From: Acidimicrobiia bacterium
Lineage (GTDB): Bacteria; Actinomycetota; Acidimicrobiia; IMCC26256; JBBRZM01
DNA: 64,000 nucleotides
Direction: 5' to 3'
Assembly: GCA_038236695.1 (NCBI GenBank)
Contig: JBBRZM010000003.1
Location: 42,476 to 106,475, forward strand
Part shown: one piece after another, positions 9,267-18,723 of the stretch
Numbering within the stretch: the first letter of the stretch is position 1
How the letters are laid out: the number at the start of each line of letters is the position of its first letter
Position numbers and translations under genes: made by a program
Notes under the pieces: model-generated
What the model saw: the letters and a program-made list of their open reading frames with translations, nothing else
Database searches by the model: none
What the model was told of the DNA's origin: nothing

Positions 9267-9746
9267 ATGGCGAAGAACCCGGACCCGGCGCTCGAGCTCA
9301 CGAGCAGCAAGGGCGTGACGCGCACGCTCGACGACTGGGCGACGATGTTTCACCTCTGCTTCGTCATCCTGCCCGACCGTCCCGAGGCGAACGCGTGGGT
9401 GCCGGTCGCGCAGCGAATCTTCGCAGTGTTCGGCGACGCCGACTGTCACACCGCGTTCGTCGTGACCGGCAACGAGCAGATCGCCCGCCGGATCCTCGGT
9501 CCCGCCGAGCGGGAGGTGCTCACGTTCATCGATCCCGACCGCGCGTTCGTGCGCAGCCTCGGGCTCGAGCACCTGCCCGCGTTCGTGCACTTGCGCCAGG
9601 ACACGACGCTCGGCGATGCAGCCGAGGGATGGGACGAGCGCGACTGGCACCGGGTGGCCACCGGCCTGGGCAAGGCGATGGCCTGGTCCCGCCCCGAGGT
9701 CGCGGCTCCGGGCAACCCCCCGCCGACACCAGGTTGGCCCGTCTGA
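9267..9746 (+). CDS. Hypothetical protein, thioredoxin-fold (TlpA/ResA-like) pattern lacking the CxxC motif
   Basis: 159-aa track ORF. By eye its strand/helix pattern aligns with the redoxin domain at 41.3-42.4 kb, but LPDRP occupies the W-C-x-x-C position. Confidence 0.5.
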   Translation: MAKNPDPALELTSSKGVTRTLDDWATMFHLCFVILPDRPEANAWVPVAQRIFAVFGDADCHTAFVVTGNEQIARRILGPAEREVLTFIDPDRAFVRSLGLEHLPAFVHLRQDTTLGDAAEGWDERDWHRVATGLGKAMAWSRPEVAAPGNPPPTPGWPV

Positions 9747-9940
9747 CCTGCACCGGAGACAAAAACCGGACATGAATGGCGCAATCCCGGCGCCACGGTC
9801 TAGCGTCTTTCACATCGCCCGCACGTGACCTCTGAGGTTGACGTACGGGCATGTTGTTAGAAGGCACTACTGAAGAGCACTGTTCGCAGGACCGCGTTCA
9901 GCAAGGACCGACAGCGGCATCCGCCAAAGGGAGTCCCCAC

Positions 9941-11038
9941 ATGAACCTCCGGGCCGCACGGCTCGTTCCCATACTCATCGTCGGCCTCGCCGCGCCCGCT
10001 GTCGTCGCCGCCAGCGCGCAGGCATCACCGGTCGACGACAAGCGCGCCCAGGCGCAGCGCCTGCAGGCGGAGATCTCCGCCAACGGCCAGAAGACCGACG
10101 CCCTCAGCGAGCAGTACAACGGCGCCCAGCTCAAGCTCGGCGACGCCAAGCACGCGGTTGCCGCCGCCCAGACCCAGATCGCGACCGCGGAGAAGCGAAC
10201 CCGTCAGTCGAAGAAGTTGCTCGCCGCCCGGGCCGCGTCGATTTACATCAGCTCCGGGGTGGCGAACGGCATCGCGGTGCTCGACGCCGACAACGCCAGC
10301 GACATCAATGCTCGGGAGAAGTACTCGTCGGCCGCGGCAAGCCGCGACGACATGCTCATTCAGCGGTTGCGCGACGCGAAGGACGAGCTCGCACAGAAGC
10401 AAGCCGATGCCGAGCAGGCGCAACAAGCCGCGCAGCACGACGCGGAGGCGATCTCGAGCTCGAAGCGCCAGCTCGACGCCGCGAACGCGAAGCAGCAGCA
10501 GCTGCTCAGTCAAGTCAACGGCGAGATCAAGACCCTCGTCGCGGAAGCGGCGCGCCAGCAGGCGCTGGCCGAGGCCGCGGCGGCGCAGAGACGTTTCGCA
10601 GCGGGCGCCACCGCGCGGGCGACGACGAGCCGTGGGGGTGGTCGCGGCGCTGCGCCCTCGATCGCCTATCCCGACAACCTCCCCTCACCGAACGGCGGCG
10701 CGGCGGCTGCGATCGCGTTCGCCCGGGCCCAGCTGGGCAAGCCGTACCAGTACGCGGCCACCGGGCCCGACTCGTTCGACTGTTCCGGTCTGACGATGCG
10801 AGCGTGGGAAGCGGGCGGTGTCTCGATGCCGCATTACTCCGGCGCGCAGTACGACATGTTCCCGAAGGTTCCCCTCGACCAGCTGCAACCGGGTGACCTG
10901 GTGTTTCGAGGAGCCGGTGGCAGCGCGCACGTCGCGCTGTACATCGGCGGGGGGTTGGTGATCACCGCGCCCCAGACCGGTGACGTGGTCAAAGTTGCCG
11001 GAATCGGCAGCGTAATGGGCGCAGTTCGACCTGGTTAG
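9941..11038 (+). CDS. Secreted coiled-coil + NlpC/P60 peptidoglycan endopeptidase (RipA-like)
   Basis: Internal ATG 9941 gives the signal peptide MNLRAARLVPILIVGLAAPAVVAASAQA. Long Gln/Ala-rich coiled coil follows. C-terminal NlpC/P60 domain (DCSGLTMRAW..., HVALYIGG). Confidence 0.85.
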   Translation: MNLRAARLVPILIVGLAAPAVVAASAQASPVDDKRAQAQRLQAEISANGQKTDALSEQYNGAQLKLGDAKHAVAAAQTQIATAEKRTRQSKKLLAARAASIYISSGVANGIAVLDADNASDINAREKYSSAAASRDDMLIQRLRDAKDELAQKQADAEQAQQAAQHDAEAISSSKRQLDAANAKQQQLLSQVNGEIKTLVAEAARQQALAEAAAAQRRFAAGATARATTSRGGGRGAAPSIAYPDNLPSPNGGAAAAIAFARAQLGKPYQYAATGPDSFDCSGLTMRAWEAGGVSMPHYSGAQYDMFPKVPLDQLQPGDLVFRGAGGSAHVALYIGGGLVITAPQTGDVVKVAGIGSVMGAVRPG

Positions 11039-11122
11039 GCGGGGTAGCACTTTCAGTGCCATAGGCGGAGCACAGACCTGGTTGCCGGTCGCGGGCGGTC
11101 GGCACCTTCTCTAGTTGTTGGG

Positions 11123-12232
11123 ATGATGATGATTCGTAGGACCCTACGTGTTGTTCCATGTGTCGCCGCGATGTTGGGCGCGCTGTTGGCGCCGGTCGTG
11201 ACGGGATCGAGTGCCGCGCACGCGTCGCCGATTGACGACAAGAAGGCCCAGGCCGCCCGGCTCCAGGCCGAGATCGATCAGAACGGCGTCAAACAAGACG
11301 CGCTGTCGGAGCGCCTCAACGGCGCGACCTACCGGCTCCAGCAGGCCCAGGCCGACGCCGTCCGTGCCCAGAAGGGTCTCGACGCGGCGGAAGCCCACAC
11401 GAAGCAGCTGCAGCATCAGCTCGCGGAGCGTGCCGCCGCGGTGTATCGCAGCGCGGGCAACGGTGGCCTCGACGCGCTCGACGCCTCGAGCGCGGGCGAG
11501 CTGTCGACCCGCGAGCAGTACAGCGCCGCGGCCGCAAATCACGACGACAACATCGTGCAGCAGCTCCACGACGCGAAGGAACAGCTGCAAGCGAAGCGGA
11601 GCGACGCCGAGACGGCGAGCAGCGCGGCACAGACCGAACGCGACCAGGCAGCCTCGGCCAAGAAGGAGCTGCAAGCGGCGAGCGGCAAACAGGAGCAGTT
11701 GCTGTCGCAGGTCAATGGCAAGATCAAGCAGCTCATCGACGAGCAGCGCGCCCGTGAAGCCGCGGCGACACTCGCAGCCGCGCAGGCGCGCGCGTCGGCT
11801 TCCAAGAACGCCCGCCCGATCAGCGGCCGCGTCAGCACCAGCGGCGACATCCAGATCGACCTCGGTTCGATTCCCGCGCCGAGCGCGGGAGCCGGCGCGG
11901 CAATCTCGTTCGCATACGCACAGCTCGGCAAGCCGTACGTGTACGGCGCGGCCGGGCCCGACGCATACGACTGCTCGGGGCTCACCATGCGGGCCTGGGA
12001 GGCGGCGGGTGTCTCGATGCCGCACTACTCCGGCGCGCAGTACAACGCGTTCCCGCATGTGCCGCTCGACGCGATGCAGCCGGGCGACCTCGTGTTCTGG
12101 GGTCCCGGGGGTAGCAGCCACGAAGGGCTCTACATCGGCGGCGGCATGATGATCGCGGCGCCGCACACCGGCGACCACGTGAAGGTGCAGGCCGTCTACG
12201 GCGGAGCGATCGGCGCATCGCGTCCCGGTTGA
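11123..12232 (+). CDS. Secreted coiled-coil + NlpC/P60 endopeptidase, tandem paralogue (RipB/RipA-like)
   Basis: 369-aa track ORF with signal peptide and coiled coil. C-terminal domain is near-identical in motif order to the upstream gene (YDCSGLTMRAWEAAGVSMPHYSGAQY, HEGLYIGG). Confidence 0.85.
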   Translation: MMMIRRTLRVVPCVAAMLGALLAPVVTGSSAAHASPIDDKKAQAARLQAEIDQNGVKQDALSERLNGATYRLQQAQADAVRAQKGLDAAEAHTKQLQHQLAERAAAVYRSAGNGGLDALDASSAGELSTREQYSAAAANHDDNIVQQLHDAKEQLQAKRSDAETASSAAQTERDQAASAKKELQAASGKQEQLLSQVNGKIKQLIDEQRAREAAATLAAAQARASASKNARPISGRVSTSGDIQIDLGSIPAPSAGAGAAISFAYAQLGKPYVYGAAGPDAYDCSGLTMRAWEAAGVSMPHYSGAQYNAFPHVPLDAMQPGDLVFWGPGGSSHEGLYIGGGMMIAAPHTGDHVKVQAVYGGAIGASRPG

Positions 12233-12290
12233 TCGGACAGGGCGGATGACGGCCGGTCCCGGTTTCCGGGAGCGGCCGTAGGATCCGTGC

Positions 12291-13361
12291 GTGACCACCA
12301 CAGAGTCCATTCGGCTCACGCGCTTCTCGCACGGCGCGGGCTGCGCGTGCAAGCTCTCACCCGACGACCTTCGTACCGTGCTGGGGCTCGTACGTGACCT
12401 CGAGCCCGCCCCCGACACCGACCTGCTCGTCGGCCTCGATACCGCCGATGACGCCGCCGTCTACCGGCTGCGTGACGATCTCGCCATCGTCTTCACCACC
12501 GACTTCTTCACGCCGATCGTGGACGACCCCTACGACTGGGGCCGCATCGCCGCTGCCAACGCGCTGTCCGACGTGTACGCGATGGGTGGCGCGCCGCTGC
12601 TTGCGCTCAACCTCGTCGCCTGGCCTAGGGAAGGCCTGCCGTTCGAGCTACTCGCGCGCGTGATCGACGGCGGTACCGACGTCGTGCGCGCCGCCGGGGC
12701 GATCGTCGGCGGCGGTCATTCCATCGACGATACGGAGCCGAAGTACGGACTCGCGGTGGTCGGTACTGTCAACCCGGCACGCGTGTGGCGTAATCGCGGT
12801 GCTCGGGTGGGTGACGCGCTGGTGCTGACGAAACCGATCGGGCTCGGAGTCATTTCGACTGCATTGAAACGTGACGCGGCCTCCCCCGAGCTCATCCGGC
12901 GGGCCGTCGACGTGATGACAACGCTCAACGCTTCGGCGCGTGACGCCGCGCTCGAGCTGGGCGACGCAGTGCACGCGGTCACCGACGTGACCGGCTTCGG
13001 GCTGCTCGGTCATCTCCGAGAGATGCTGGTCGCGTCGAATGTGGCGGGCGAGATCGATTTCGCGTCGGTGCCGGTGATCGACGGCGTCCGTCAGCTGATC
13101 GCCGCGGGCATGGTCGCGGGCGGCACACAGCGTAATCATTCCTTCGTCAGCGACACCGTCGATTGGGGCGAGCTTCCGTCCGACGAGCAGCTGCTGCTCG
13201 CCGATGCCCAGACCTCAGGCGGGCTGCTGATTGCGGTCGAGCGCGCGCATGCGGACGAGCTCGTGCACGCACTCGAGCAACGGGCGACGCTCGCTACAGC
13301 CGTGGTGGGGCGAGTTGCCGCCGGCGTGGCCGGTCACGTCACGATCGTGGCCGCTGCTTAG
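12291..13361 (+). CDS. selD: Selenide, water dikinase SelD (Cys form)
   Basis: GTG-start 356-aa ORF. N-terminal [18 protein letters not shown] matches the SelD glycine-rich loop with Cys, not Sec. AIR-synthase-like fold follows. Confidence 0.9.
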   Translation: MTTTESIRLTRFSHGAGCACKLSPDDLRTVLGLVRDLEPAPDTDLLVGLDTADDAAVYRLRDDLAIVFTTDFFTPIVDDPYDWGRIAAANALSDVYAMGGAPLLALNLVAWPREGLPFELLARVIDGGTDVVRAAGAIVGGGHSIDDTEPKYGLAVVGTVNPARVWRNRGARVGDALVLTKPIGLGVISTALKRDAASPELIRRAVDVMTTLNASARDAALELGDAVHAVTDVTGFGLLGHLREMLVASNVAGEIDFASVPVIDGVRQLIAAGMVAGGTQRNHSFVSDTVDWGELPSDEQLLLADAQTSGGLLIAVERAHADELVHALEQRATLATAVVGRVAAGVAGHVTIVAAA

Positions 13362-14356
13362 GGGATCACGAGCATGCCCAGCTCCGACTCGAGCTGCGGC
13401 CGCGGTTTCGCGCCCAGCGACTGACGCTCGAGCCGTCCGTCGCGAAAGAGACCGATCAGCGGGATGCTCTGGACGTCGTAGGTCTGTGCGAGGGCGGGCT
13501 CTTCGTCGATGTTGACCTTCACCACTTTGTACGAGCCGTCTCGCATCGCTGCGATCTGCTCGACGATCGGACCGACCTGACGGCACGGACCGCACCACGG
13601 AGCCCAGAAGTCGACGATTACCGGTATGTCGCTCTTCAGCACCTCGGCATCAAACGACGCGGTGGTCACCGACCGCACGAGGCCTTCGGGCGGATCTTCG
13701 GGAACGGGCGCCGCGGGACGTTCGCCCGAGCGGACCGCGTCGAGCCATTTGTTGGCCTCCTGCACGCCTTCGAGTGCCACTTGGTGCGCCATCGGGTACT
13801 CCGTGTACACGACGGGAATGTCGTGCGCCTCGAGGGCGCGGGCCAGCTCGCGGCCGCGCTTCACCGGTATCAACGGATCTTCCGAACCGTGCTGCACGAG
13901 AAACGGCATGTTGCGCGCGGCGTCCCAGTCAAAGTCGAGTCCCGGGTATTCGGCGAGAAAACCGCTCATCACGAGCGCGCCCGCCGGACGCGTGCGGTCG
14001 CTCGCGCGGAGTGCCAGCGCGGCGGCCAGGCTCGCACCCTGGGAGAAACCGGCCACGACGGCCTGCTCGCGCGCCATGTCGTGCTCGCGGCAGGTGTCGT
14101 CGAGCAGTTCATCGAGCGCATCCAGAGAGGCGATGAACTGTTCGACGCTCGTGTCGGAGTCGGCGCCGAAGTCGTACCAGGCGAACCCGGGCGGTGCCGC
14201 GACCGGTCCGCGTGGCAGGACGGTGAGGAAGCGGCCATCGGGATCGAGGTAGGGCAGCAGCTCGCCGAGGTCGCGTTCGTCGGCGCCGAAGCCGTGGACG
14301 AGCAGCAGCACGCGGTCGGCATCGCTGCCGTGCACGACATTGGTCACGAGCGTCAT
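13358..14356 (-). CDS. Fusion: phospholipase/carboxylesterase-type alpha/beta hydrolase + C-terminal thioredoxin
   Basis: 332-aa track ORF. N-terminal esterase part with GFSQGA nucleophile elbow and [10 protein letters not shown]-terminal 105 aa are a classical thioredoxin ([16 protein letters not shown]). The 3' end overlaps the selD 3' end by 4 nt. Confidence 0.8.
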   Translation of the reverse strand: MTLVTNVVHGSDADRVLLLVHGFGADERDLGELLPYLDPDGRFLTVLPRGPVAAPPGFAWYDFGADSDTSVEQFIASLDALDELLDDTCREHDMAREQAVVAGFSQGASLAAALALRASDRTRPAGALVMSGFLAEYPGLDFDWDAARNMPFLVQHGSEDPLIPVKRGRELARALEAHDIPVVYTEYPMAHQVALEGVQEANKWLDAVRSGERPAAPVPEDPPEGLVRSVTTASFDAEVLKSDIPVIVDFWAPWCGPCRQVGPIVEQIAAMRDGSYKVVKVNIDEEPALAQTYDVQSIPLIGLFRDGRLERQSLGAKPRPQLESELGMLVIP

Positions 14357-14434
14357 CGTCTGGGCCTCCGGTCGCGGGTGCCGTTGCCAACGTCGAATCG
14401 CGCTGAGGTATGCCCGCCGCGGCGGAGGCCGAGG

Positions 14435-14992
14435 TCAGGGGGACTTGCGGTGGCGGCGGCGCCGAGGCTGGGCCCGCCGCGCCGGGATCTTCACATCGGT
14501 GCGCTGCACGTCGGCTGTCTTCTGCACGATGCTGATCGAGCCGTCGGGCTCGAGCACCGCCATCTTGATCTTCGAGAGGCCGGTGCTCGGGTCTTCACCG
14601 TGTTCGCGCAACGCCGTCTCCACCTCGTCTTGGGTGACGCCGGCCATACGCAGGTGCGACTGGATGAATTGACCGTCGTGCACGAGCAGGATCGGATCCC
14701 CTTCGACGAGGCCGCGCACGAAACGGCTCCGCAGCCGGGTGCGCGCGATGATCGCGTTGGCGACGAGCAACGTGGCCGCGGCCACGAGGCCGCCTTCGAG
14801 CGTCACGTCGGGGCCAACCATCGCGTTCTGTACCGCGTTGGCGACGAGCAGGATCACCACGAGGTCGAACGGGGTGAGCTGCCCGAGCTCGCGCCGGCCG
14901 CCGAGGCGCAGCCCGGCCAGGACCGCCACGTACACCGCGAGAGAGCGACCGACGATCTCGAGCAATCGCACGCCGAGACGGTACCCGCACAC
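14435..14992 (-). CDS. DUF421 (YetF-like) membrane protein
   Basis: C-terminal 185 aa of track ORF 14435-15553. [30 protein letters not shown] is typical of DUF421. GTG at 14992 chosen as start; GTG at 14971 is equally possible. Confidence 0.65.
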   Translation of the reverse strand: MCGYRLGVRLLEIVGRSLAVYVAVLAGLRLGGRRELGQLTPFDLVVILLVANAVQNAMVGPDVTLEGGLVAAATLLVANAIIARTRLRSRFVRGLVEGDPILLVHDGQFIQSHLRMAGVTQDEVETALREHGEDPSTGLSKIKMAVLEPDGSISIVQKTADVQRTDVKIPARRAQPRRRRHRKSP

Positions 14993-15067
14993 TCCGGGTG
15001 CACACGCGTCACTCGACCCGCTGATGACGACGCGCGAGCATGCCGCGCCGCCACCACGGAGGACGCG

Positions 15068-16108
15068 ATGCGACTCGGGATCAACCTCGGCTACCAGGAC
15101 TGGGGCGCGGGCCTCGACCGGGCCGTCTCCCTCGCGCAGGAGGCCGAGCGGCTCGGCTTCCACTCGGCGTGGACGGCCGAGGCGTACGGCAGCGATGCGA
15201 TCACACCGATCGCGTGGCTCATGGCGCGCACCGAGCGCATCACGTTCGGCTCCGCGATCATGCAGATGCCGGCGCGCACCCCGGCGATGACGGCGATGAC
15301 CGCGGCCACGCTCGATCTGATGAGCGGCGGCCGCTTCCTGCTCGGGCTCGGGCTGTCGGGCCCGCAGGTCGTCGAAGGATGGCACGGCCAGCGCTACGGC
15401 AAGCCGCTGGTGAAGACGCGCGAGTACGTCGAGATCGTGCGTTCCATCCTGCGCCGCGAGGCGCCACTCGAGCACCACGGCGAGCACTACGACATCCCGT
15501 ACTCGGGCGACGGCGCGACCGGCTTGGGCAAGCCGCTGAAGCTGATCGTGCATCCGCGCCGCGCTGACCTCCCGATCTATCTCGCCGCGATTGGCCCGAA
15601 GAACGTGCAGCTGAGCGCCGAGATCGCAGACGGCTGGCTGCCGATCTTCTTCTCACCGACACGTTTCGCCGACACCTACGGCGCCGCGGTCGAGGCCGGA
15701 TTCGCTCGAGCTGGTGCAGCAAAGAGCCTCGACAACTTCGACGTCGCGCCCACCGTCACGGTCATCGTCGGCGACGACGTCGAGACGCTCCGCGGCCTCG
15801 CGAAGCCGATGACCGCGCTGTACATCGGCGGTATGGGCGCGCGGGGAAAGAACTTCTACAACGACCTCGCGTGCCGGTACGGGTTCGAGGCCGAGGCGAA
15901 GCAGATCCAGGACCTCTATCTCGACGGCAAGAAGCAGGAGGCGATCGCCGCGGTGCCCGATGAGCTGATCGACGAGATCTCGCTCATCGGTCCGAAGGCG
16001 CGCATCGCGGACCGGCTCGAGGCGTGGAAGAGCTCCGGGATCACCACCATGATCCTCGGCGCGCAACAGCCAGAGGCACTGCAGGTGATGGCCGAACTGC
16101 TGCTCTGA
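15068..16108 (+). CDS. LLM-class (luciferase-like) probable F420-dependent oxidoreductase
   Basis: In-frame ATG 15068 within the 981-aa track [50 protein letters not shown] is a typical LLM N-terminus. Confidence 0.85.
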   Translation: MRLGINLGYQDWGAGLDRAVSLAQEAERLGFHSAWTAEAYGSDAITPIAWLMARTERITFGSAIMQMPARTPAMTAMTAATLDLMSGGRFLLGLGLSGPQVVEGWHGQRYGKPLVKTREYVEIVRSILRREAPLEHHGEHYDIPYSGDGATGLGKPLKLIVHPRRADLPIYLAAIGPKNVQLSAEIADGWLPIFFSPTRFADTYGAAVEAGFARAGAAKSLDNFDVAPTVTVIVGDDVETLRGLAKPMTALYIGGMGARGKNFYNDLACRYGFEAEAKQIQDLYLDGKKQEAIAAVPDELIDEISLIGPKARIADRLEAWKSSGITTMILGAQQPEALQVMAELLL

Positions 16109-16215
16109 CCGTCGAGCCGGTCAGCGAGGATAGCTCCGAGAATGTCTCCCACGGTGGAGAGCATGCGCTTCATCTATACGGTCCGCACCGGCCGGGGCCT
16201 TGTCGCGCGCCTAGC

Positions 16216-17100
16216 ATGGTCGCGATGCGCCGGATCATCGTTCTGCTGACCGTGCTTGCGTTCGCCGCCGTCGGGCTCGTGGCCTGTAAACCGCCGCCGC
16301 CGCCGGTGTGCGGCAACGCCGGGGCCGCGCCCGTGCTCTACACGAGCGTCGTCGTGTTCTCGTTCGAGAACCGCACCTGGTCCGGCGTGGGCGGCACGCA
16401 GTTCCAGTCGATGCCGTACCTGAACGGCTTGGCGAAGCTGTGCTCGACGTTCTCCAACTACACCGAGCCCGACACGTCGCAGAACAGCGCGACGCAGTAC
16501 GTCGGCACGTTGCAAGGCTCGACGAACAACAGCGTTCTGAACGACTGCTCCCCGTCGGCGTCGTGCCAGTCGACCGCGGACAACCTGTACCGGCAGGCCC
16601 GCGCCGCGGGTATCGGCTCCCACGAGTACCACGAAGGCGCGTCGTCGGCGTGCTCCGTCGGGTCGGGGAACGCGGTGAAACACGAACCGTGGTTCTACTA
16701 CCGGGGTGGCACCGACCAGGCGACCTGCGGCTCGGACGTCCTGCCGTTCACGTCGTTCGACCCGTCGAACCCGCCCGCGGGGTTCTCGTTCATCACCCCC
16801 ACGCTCTGTAACGATGGGCACGACTGCTCGAACAGCACCGTCGACGCGTGGGCGCAGACGCACGTCCAGCCGGTCCTCAACTCCGCGGCGTACAAGGCGG
16901 GCCACGTGGCGGTGTTTGTCTGGTACGACGAGGACCGCCCAGTCCCGAACATGCAACTCACCCCGACCGCGACGGCTGGCCCGCATGCCCTGGCGGTCAC
17001 GTACGGGTCGTCACTCGCGGCGTGGGAGTCGATGCTCGGCCTCGCGTGCCTCGCGAATGCGTGCACGGCCCCGAACATGCGCACGGCCGCGAACCTCTGA
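16216..17100 (+). CDS. Lipoprotein, phosphoesterase-family (AcpA/PLC-like) protein
   Basis: Internal ATG 16216 gives a signal peptide with lipobox LVAC. Motifs FSFENR, ITPTLCNDGHDCS resemble the phosphoesterase family. Confidence 0.65.
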   Translation: MVAMRRIIVLLTVLAFAAVGLVACKPPPPPVCGNAGAAPVLYTSVVVFSFENRTWSGVGGTQFQSMPYLNGLAKLCSTFSNYTEPDTSQNSATQYVGTLQGSTNNSVLNDCSPSASCQSTADNLYRQARAAGIGSHEYHEGASSACSVGSGNAVKHEPWFYYRGGTDQATCGSDVLPFTSFDPSNPPAGFSFITPTLCNDGHDCSNSTVDAWAQTHVQPVLNSAAYKAGHVAVFVWYDEDRPVPNMQLTPTATAGPHALAVTYGSSLAAWESMLGLACLANACTAPNMRTAANL

Positions 17101-17109
17101 CCTCGCTAC

Positions 17110-17178
17110 GGCGCCGCCACCCTCTTCGACGAGTCCTACAACCCCAAACCGGCGTGGAGCGCCATACTGAACGCGCTC
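17110..17178 (+). pseudogene. Possible relic of a glycoside hydrolase (GH10-like) C-terminus
   Basis: Intergenic frame reads GAATLFDESYNPKPAWSAILNAL, resembling the conserved ...LLFDxxYxPKPAYxAVxxAL end of GH10 enzymes. No start codon and no upstream body. Confidence 0.25.
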
Positions 17179-17328
17179 CTAGTGGTCCGTCTACGAAATG
17201 GCAAGGTGGTTCCAGGTCCGCCGAACAGAACGAAGCCTCTTTGTGTCAAGGGCCTTGGTTTCGGGCACGTCGGAGCGGCGCCGGTCGGGCGGGCGTAGCG
17301 TTGGGTGTTGGGTCCGAAAACCCCCGAA

Positions 17329-18144
17329 TCAGAACATGAAGTTCATGCGCTCCACGACGGTACGTCCGAGCGTCTCGTCGCCCGAGAGTGTGACCGAGCC
17401 GTCGGCCAGCGCGGCGGTGCCGTCGACCCGGCCGCATCCGAGGCGGGTGAACAGCTCCAGCGTGGTCGCGATCCGTATCGTGGGCGCGCTCGGCGCGGTG
17501 TCGAGCATCTTCCCCCGTCCGCCCTCCACGTCGACCGCGACGGTGCGCGGTCCCCCGGCGCCGCCGAGATCGAAGACCACGCTGGTGCCGTCGGGCGCCT
17601 TGACCTGCTTGCCGATCACGTACGGCATCGCACCGACCACCCGCTCGATCGCTGCGTCGGCAGCAGGGCCGGTGAAGTGTCCCGGGGTACCGAGCGCGCG
17701 GCGGATGTCTTGCTCGTGCACCCAGCTGTCGAAGATGCGGAACGGCAGGAGGTCGCGAACAGTGCCGGGTCCGACGGGCGTCCACGACTCGCCCGCGAAC
17801 CCGGCGGCGTCGAGCGCTCGGAGCGCGGCGAGGCGCCGGCCGGTCACGTCGCGAAACCGATCGAGCACTGCTGCGCCTTCGAGGGCGCGCATCGACTCGA
17901 CCCAGATCTCGTTCATGCGGCCGACATCATTCTTGATGTGCGGCGCCTCGGGCGGGTCGAGCTCAGGCGTCGGCATGCCCAAGGTCATCGCTTCGATTCC
18001 GATGATGTGTGCGACGTTGTCCTGCACCGTCCATCCCGGGCACTCGGTGAGGGTGTTCCACTCCGCCTTCGAGAGTGGCGCACACACAACATCGATCGAG
18101 CTCCACACCTCGGCGAGCGCGTCCACAAGCTCCTGGTCGGTCAT
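17329..18144 (-). CDS. Maleylpyruvate isomerase-family mycothiol-dependent enzyme (DinB/MDMPI_N fold)
   Basis: 271-aa track ORF. N-terminal ...LSKAEWNTLTECPGWTVQDNVAHIIG pattern. Confidence 0.75.
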   Translation of the reverse strand: MTDQELVDALAEVWSSIDVVCAPLSKAEWNTLTECPGWTVQDNVAHIIGIEAMTLGMPTPELDPPEAPHIKNDVGRMNEIWVESMRALEGAAVLDRFRDVTGRRLAALRALDAAGFAGESWTPVGPGTVRDLLPFRIFDSWVHEQDIRRALGTPGHFTGPAADAAIERVVGAMPYVIGKQVKAPDGTSVVFDLGGAGGPRTVAVDVEGGRGKMLDTAPSAPTIRIATTLELFTRLGCGRVDGTAALADGSVTLSGDETLGRTVVERMNFMF

Positions 18145-18172
18145 GTGCTTCTCCCTTCGCGAGACCGCACGC

Positions 18173-18634
18173 TCACGCGCGTGTCGGTGGGATGGCCGTG
18201 CGCATGTGGCGGCTGAGGTCGCCGAGCAGGTCGGGCAGGATCATCCGCGCGGAGAAACTCCACGTGCCGCCGACCCGTTCGAATCGGTCGTCGTAGCGCC
18301 CGGCGATGATCGGCTGCAGCGGGAAGTCGGGGCGCGCTTGCAAGACCGTGAAGTACGAGCGCGCCGATGCGCGTTGGCTGTCTTCGAGCTCGATGGTCAC
18401 GTTGGTGATCACGTGCTTGGTGCACGGCGTACCGTCCTCGTAGAGGATCACTCCGTTATAGCCCGCGCGTACCGCGGCCGCGCCGCGCAGCGGCTCGCCT
18501 CGCCCCGGTGACCCCCAACTCGCGTGTTCGAAGAGTGCCGCGACGCTGTCGAGGTCGCCCTCGTCGAGGAGCGCGGCGTAGCGGTGGATCAGCGCGCGGA
18601 TTGCTTCTCGGTCGTCGTCGGGCACGAGCCCCAT
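18173..18634 (-). CDS. SnoaL-like / NTF2-family protein
   Basis: 153-aa track ORF. DREAIRALIHRYAALLDEGDLDSVAALF is a typical SnoaL_4 N-terminus. Confidence 0.7.
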   Translation of the reverse strand: MGLVPDDDREAIRALIHRYAALLDEGDLDSVAALFEHASWGSPGRGEPLRGAAAVRAGYNGVILYEDGTPCTKHVITNVTIELEDSQRASARSYFTVLQARPDFPLQPIIAGRYDDRFERVGGTWSFSARMILPDLLGDLSRHMRTAIPPTRA

Positions 18635-18723
18635 GCTGGCACGACGGCTCGGCGCACGCGTGCTCGAACGGGCCGGTCGTCGCAGACCCGGTGTCGACGA
18701 TGCGGAGCCCGTAGCCTGCCGGC

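Noticed and set aside
9747-9940. Possible c-di-AMP (ydaO-type) riboswitch upstream of the first NlpC/P60 gene
   Set aside because: Only an 8-nt match (CCGACAGC) to the conserved 3' core as I remember it. The ACGGGGA/GGGUGAAUC/CAGCUAACC elements are absent, so I cannot support the call without an Infernal scan.
12291-13361. SelD itself as a selenoprotein
   Set aside because: The glycine-rich loop reads GAGCACK with a TGC Cys codon. There is no in-frame TGA.
13163-15067. First 635 codons of the 981-aa plus-strand ORF 13163-16108
   Set aside because: Overlaps the selD 3' end and is antisense to the esterase-thioredoxin and DUF421 genes. Only the LLM oxidoreductase from ATG 15068 is credible.
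17098-17100. TGA stop of the phosphoesterase gene as a second Sec codon, because the frame stays open for 76 more codons
   Set aside because: No Cys/redox motif context and no hairpin at SECIS distance. The downstream sequence resembles the tail of an unrelated enzyme family, so a relic explains it better.
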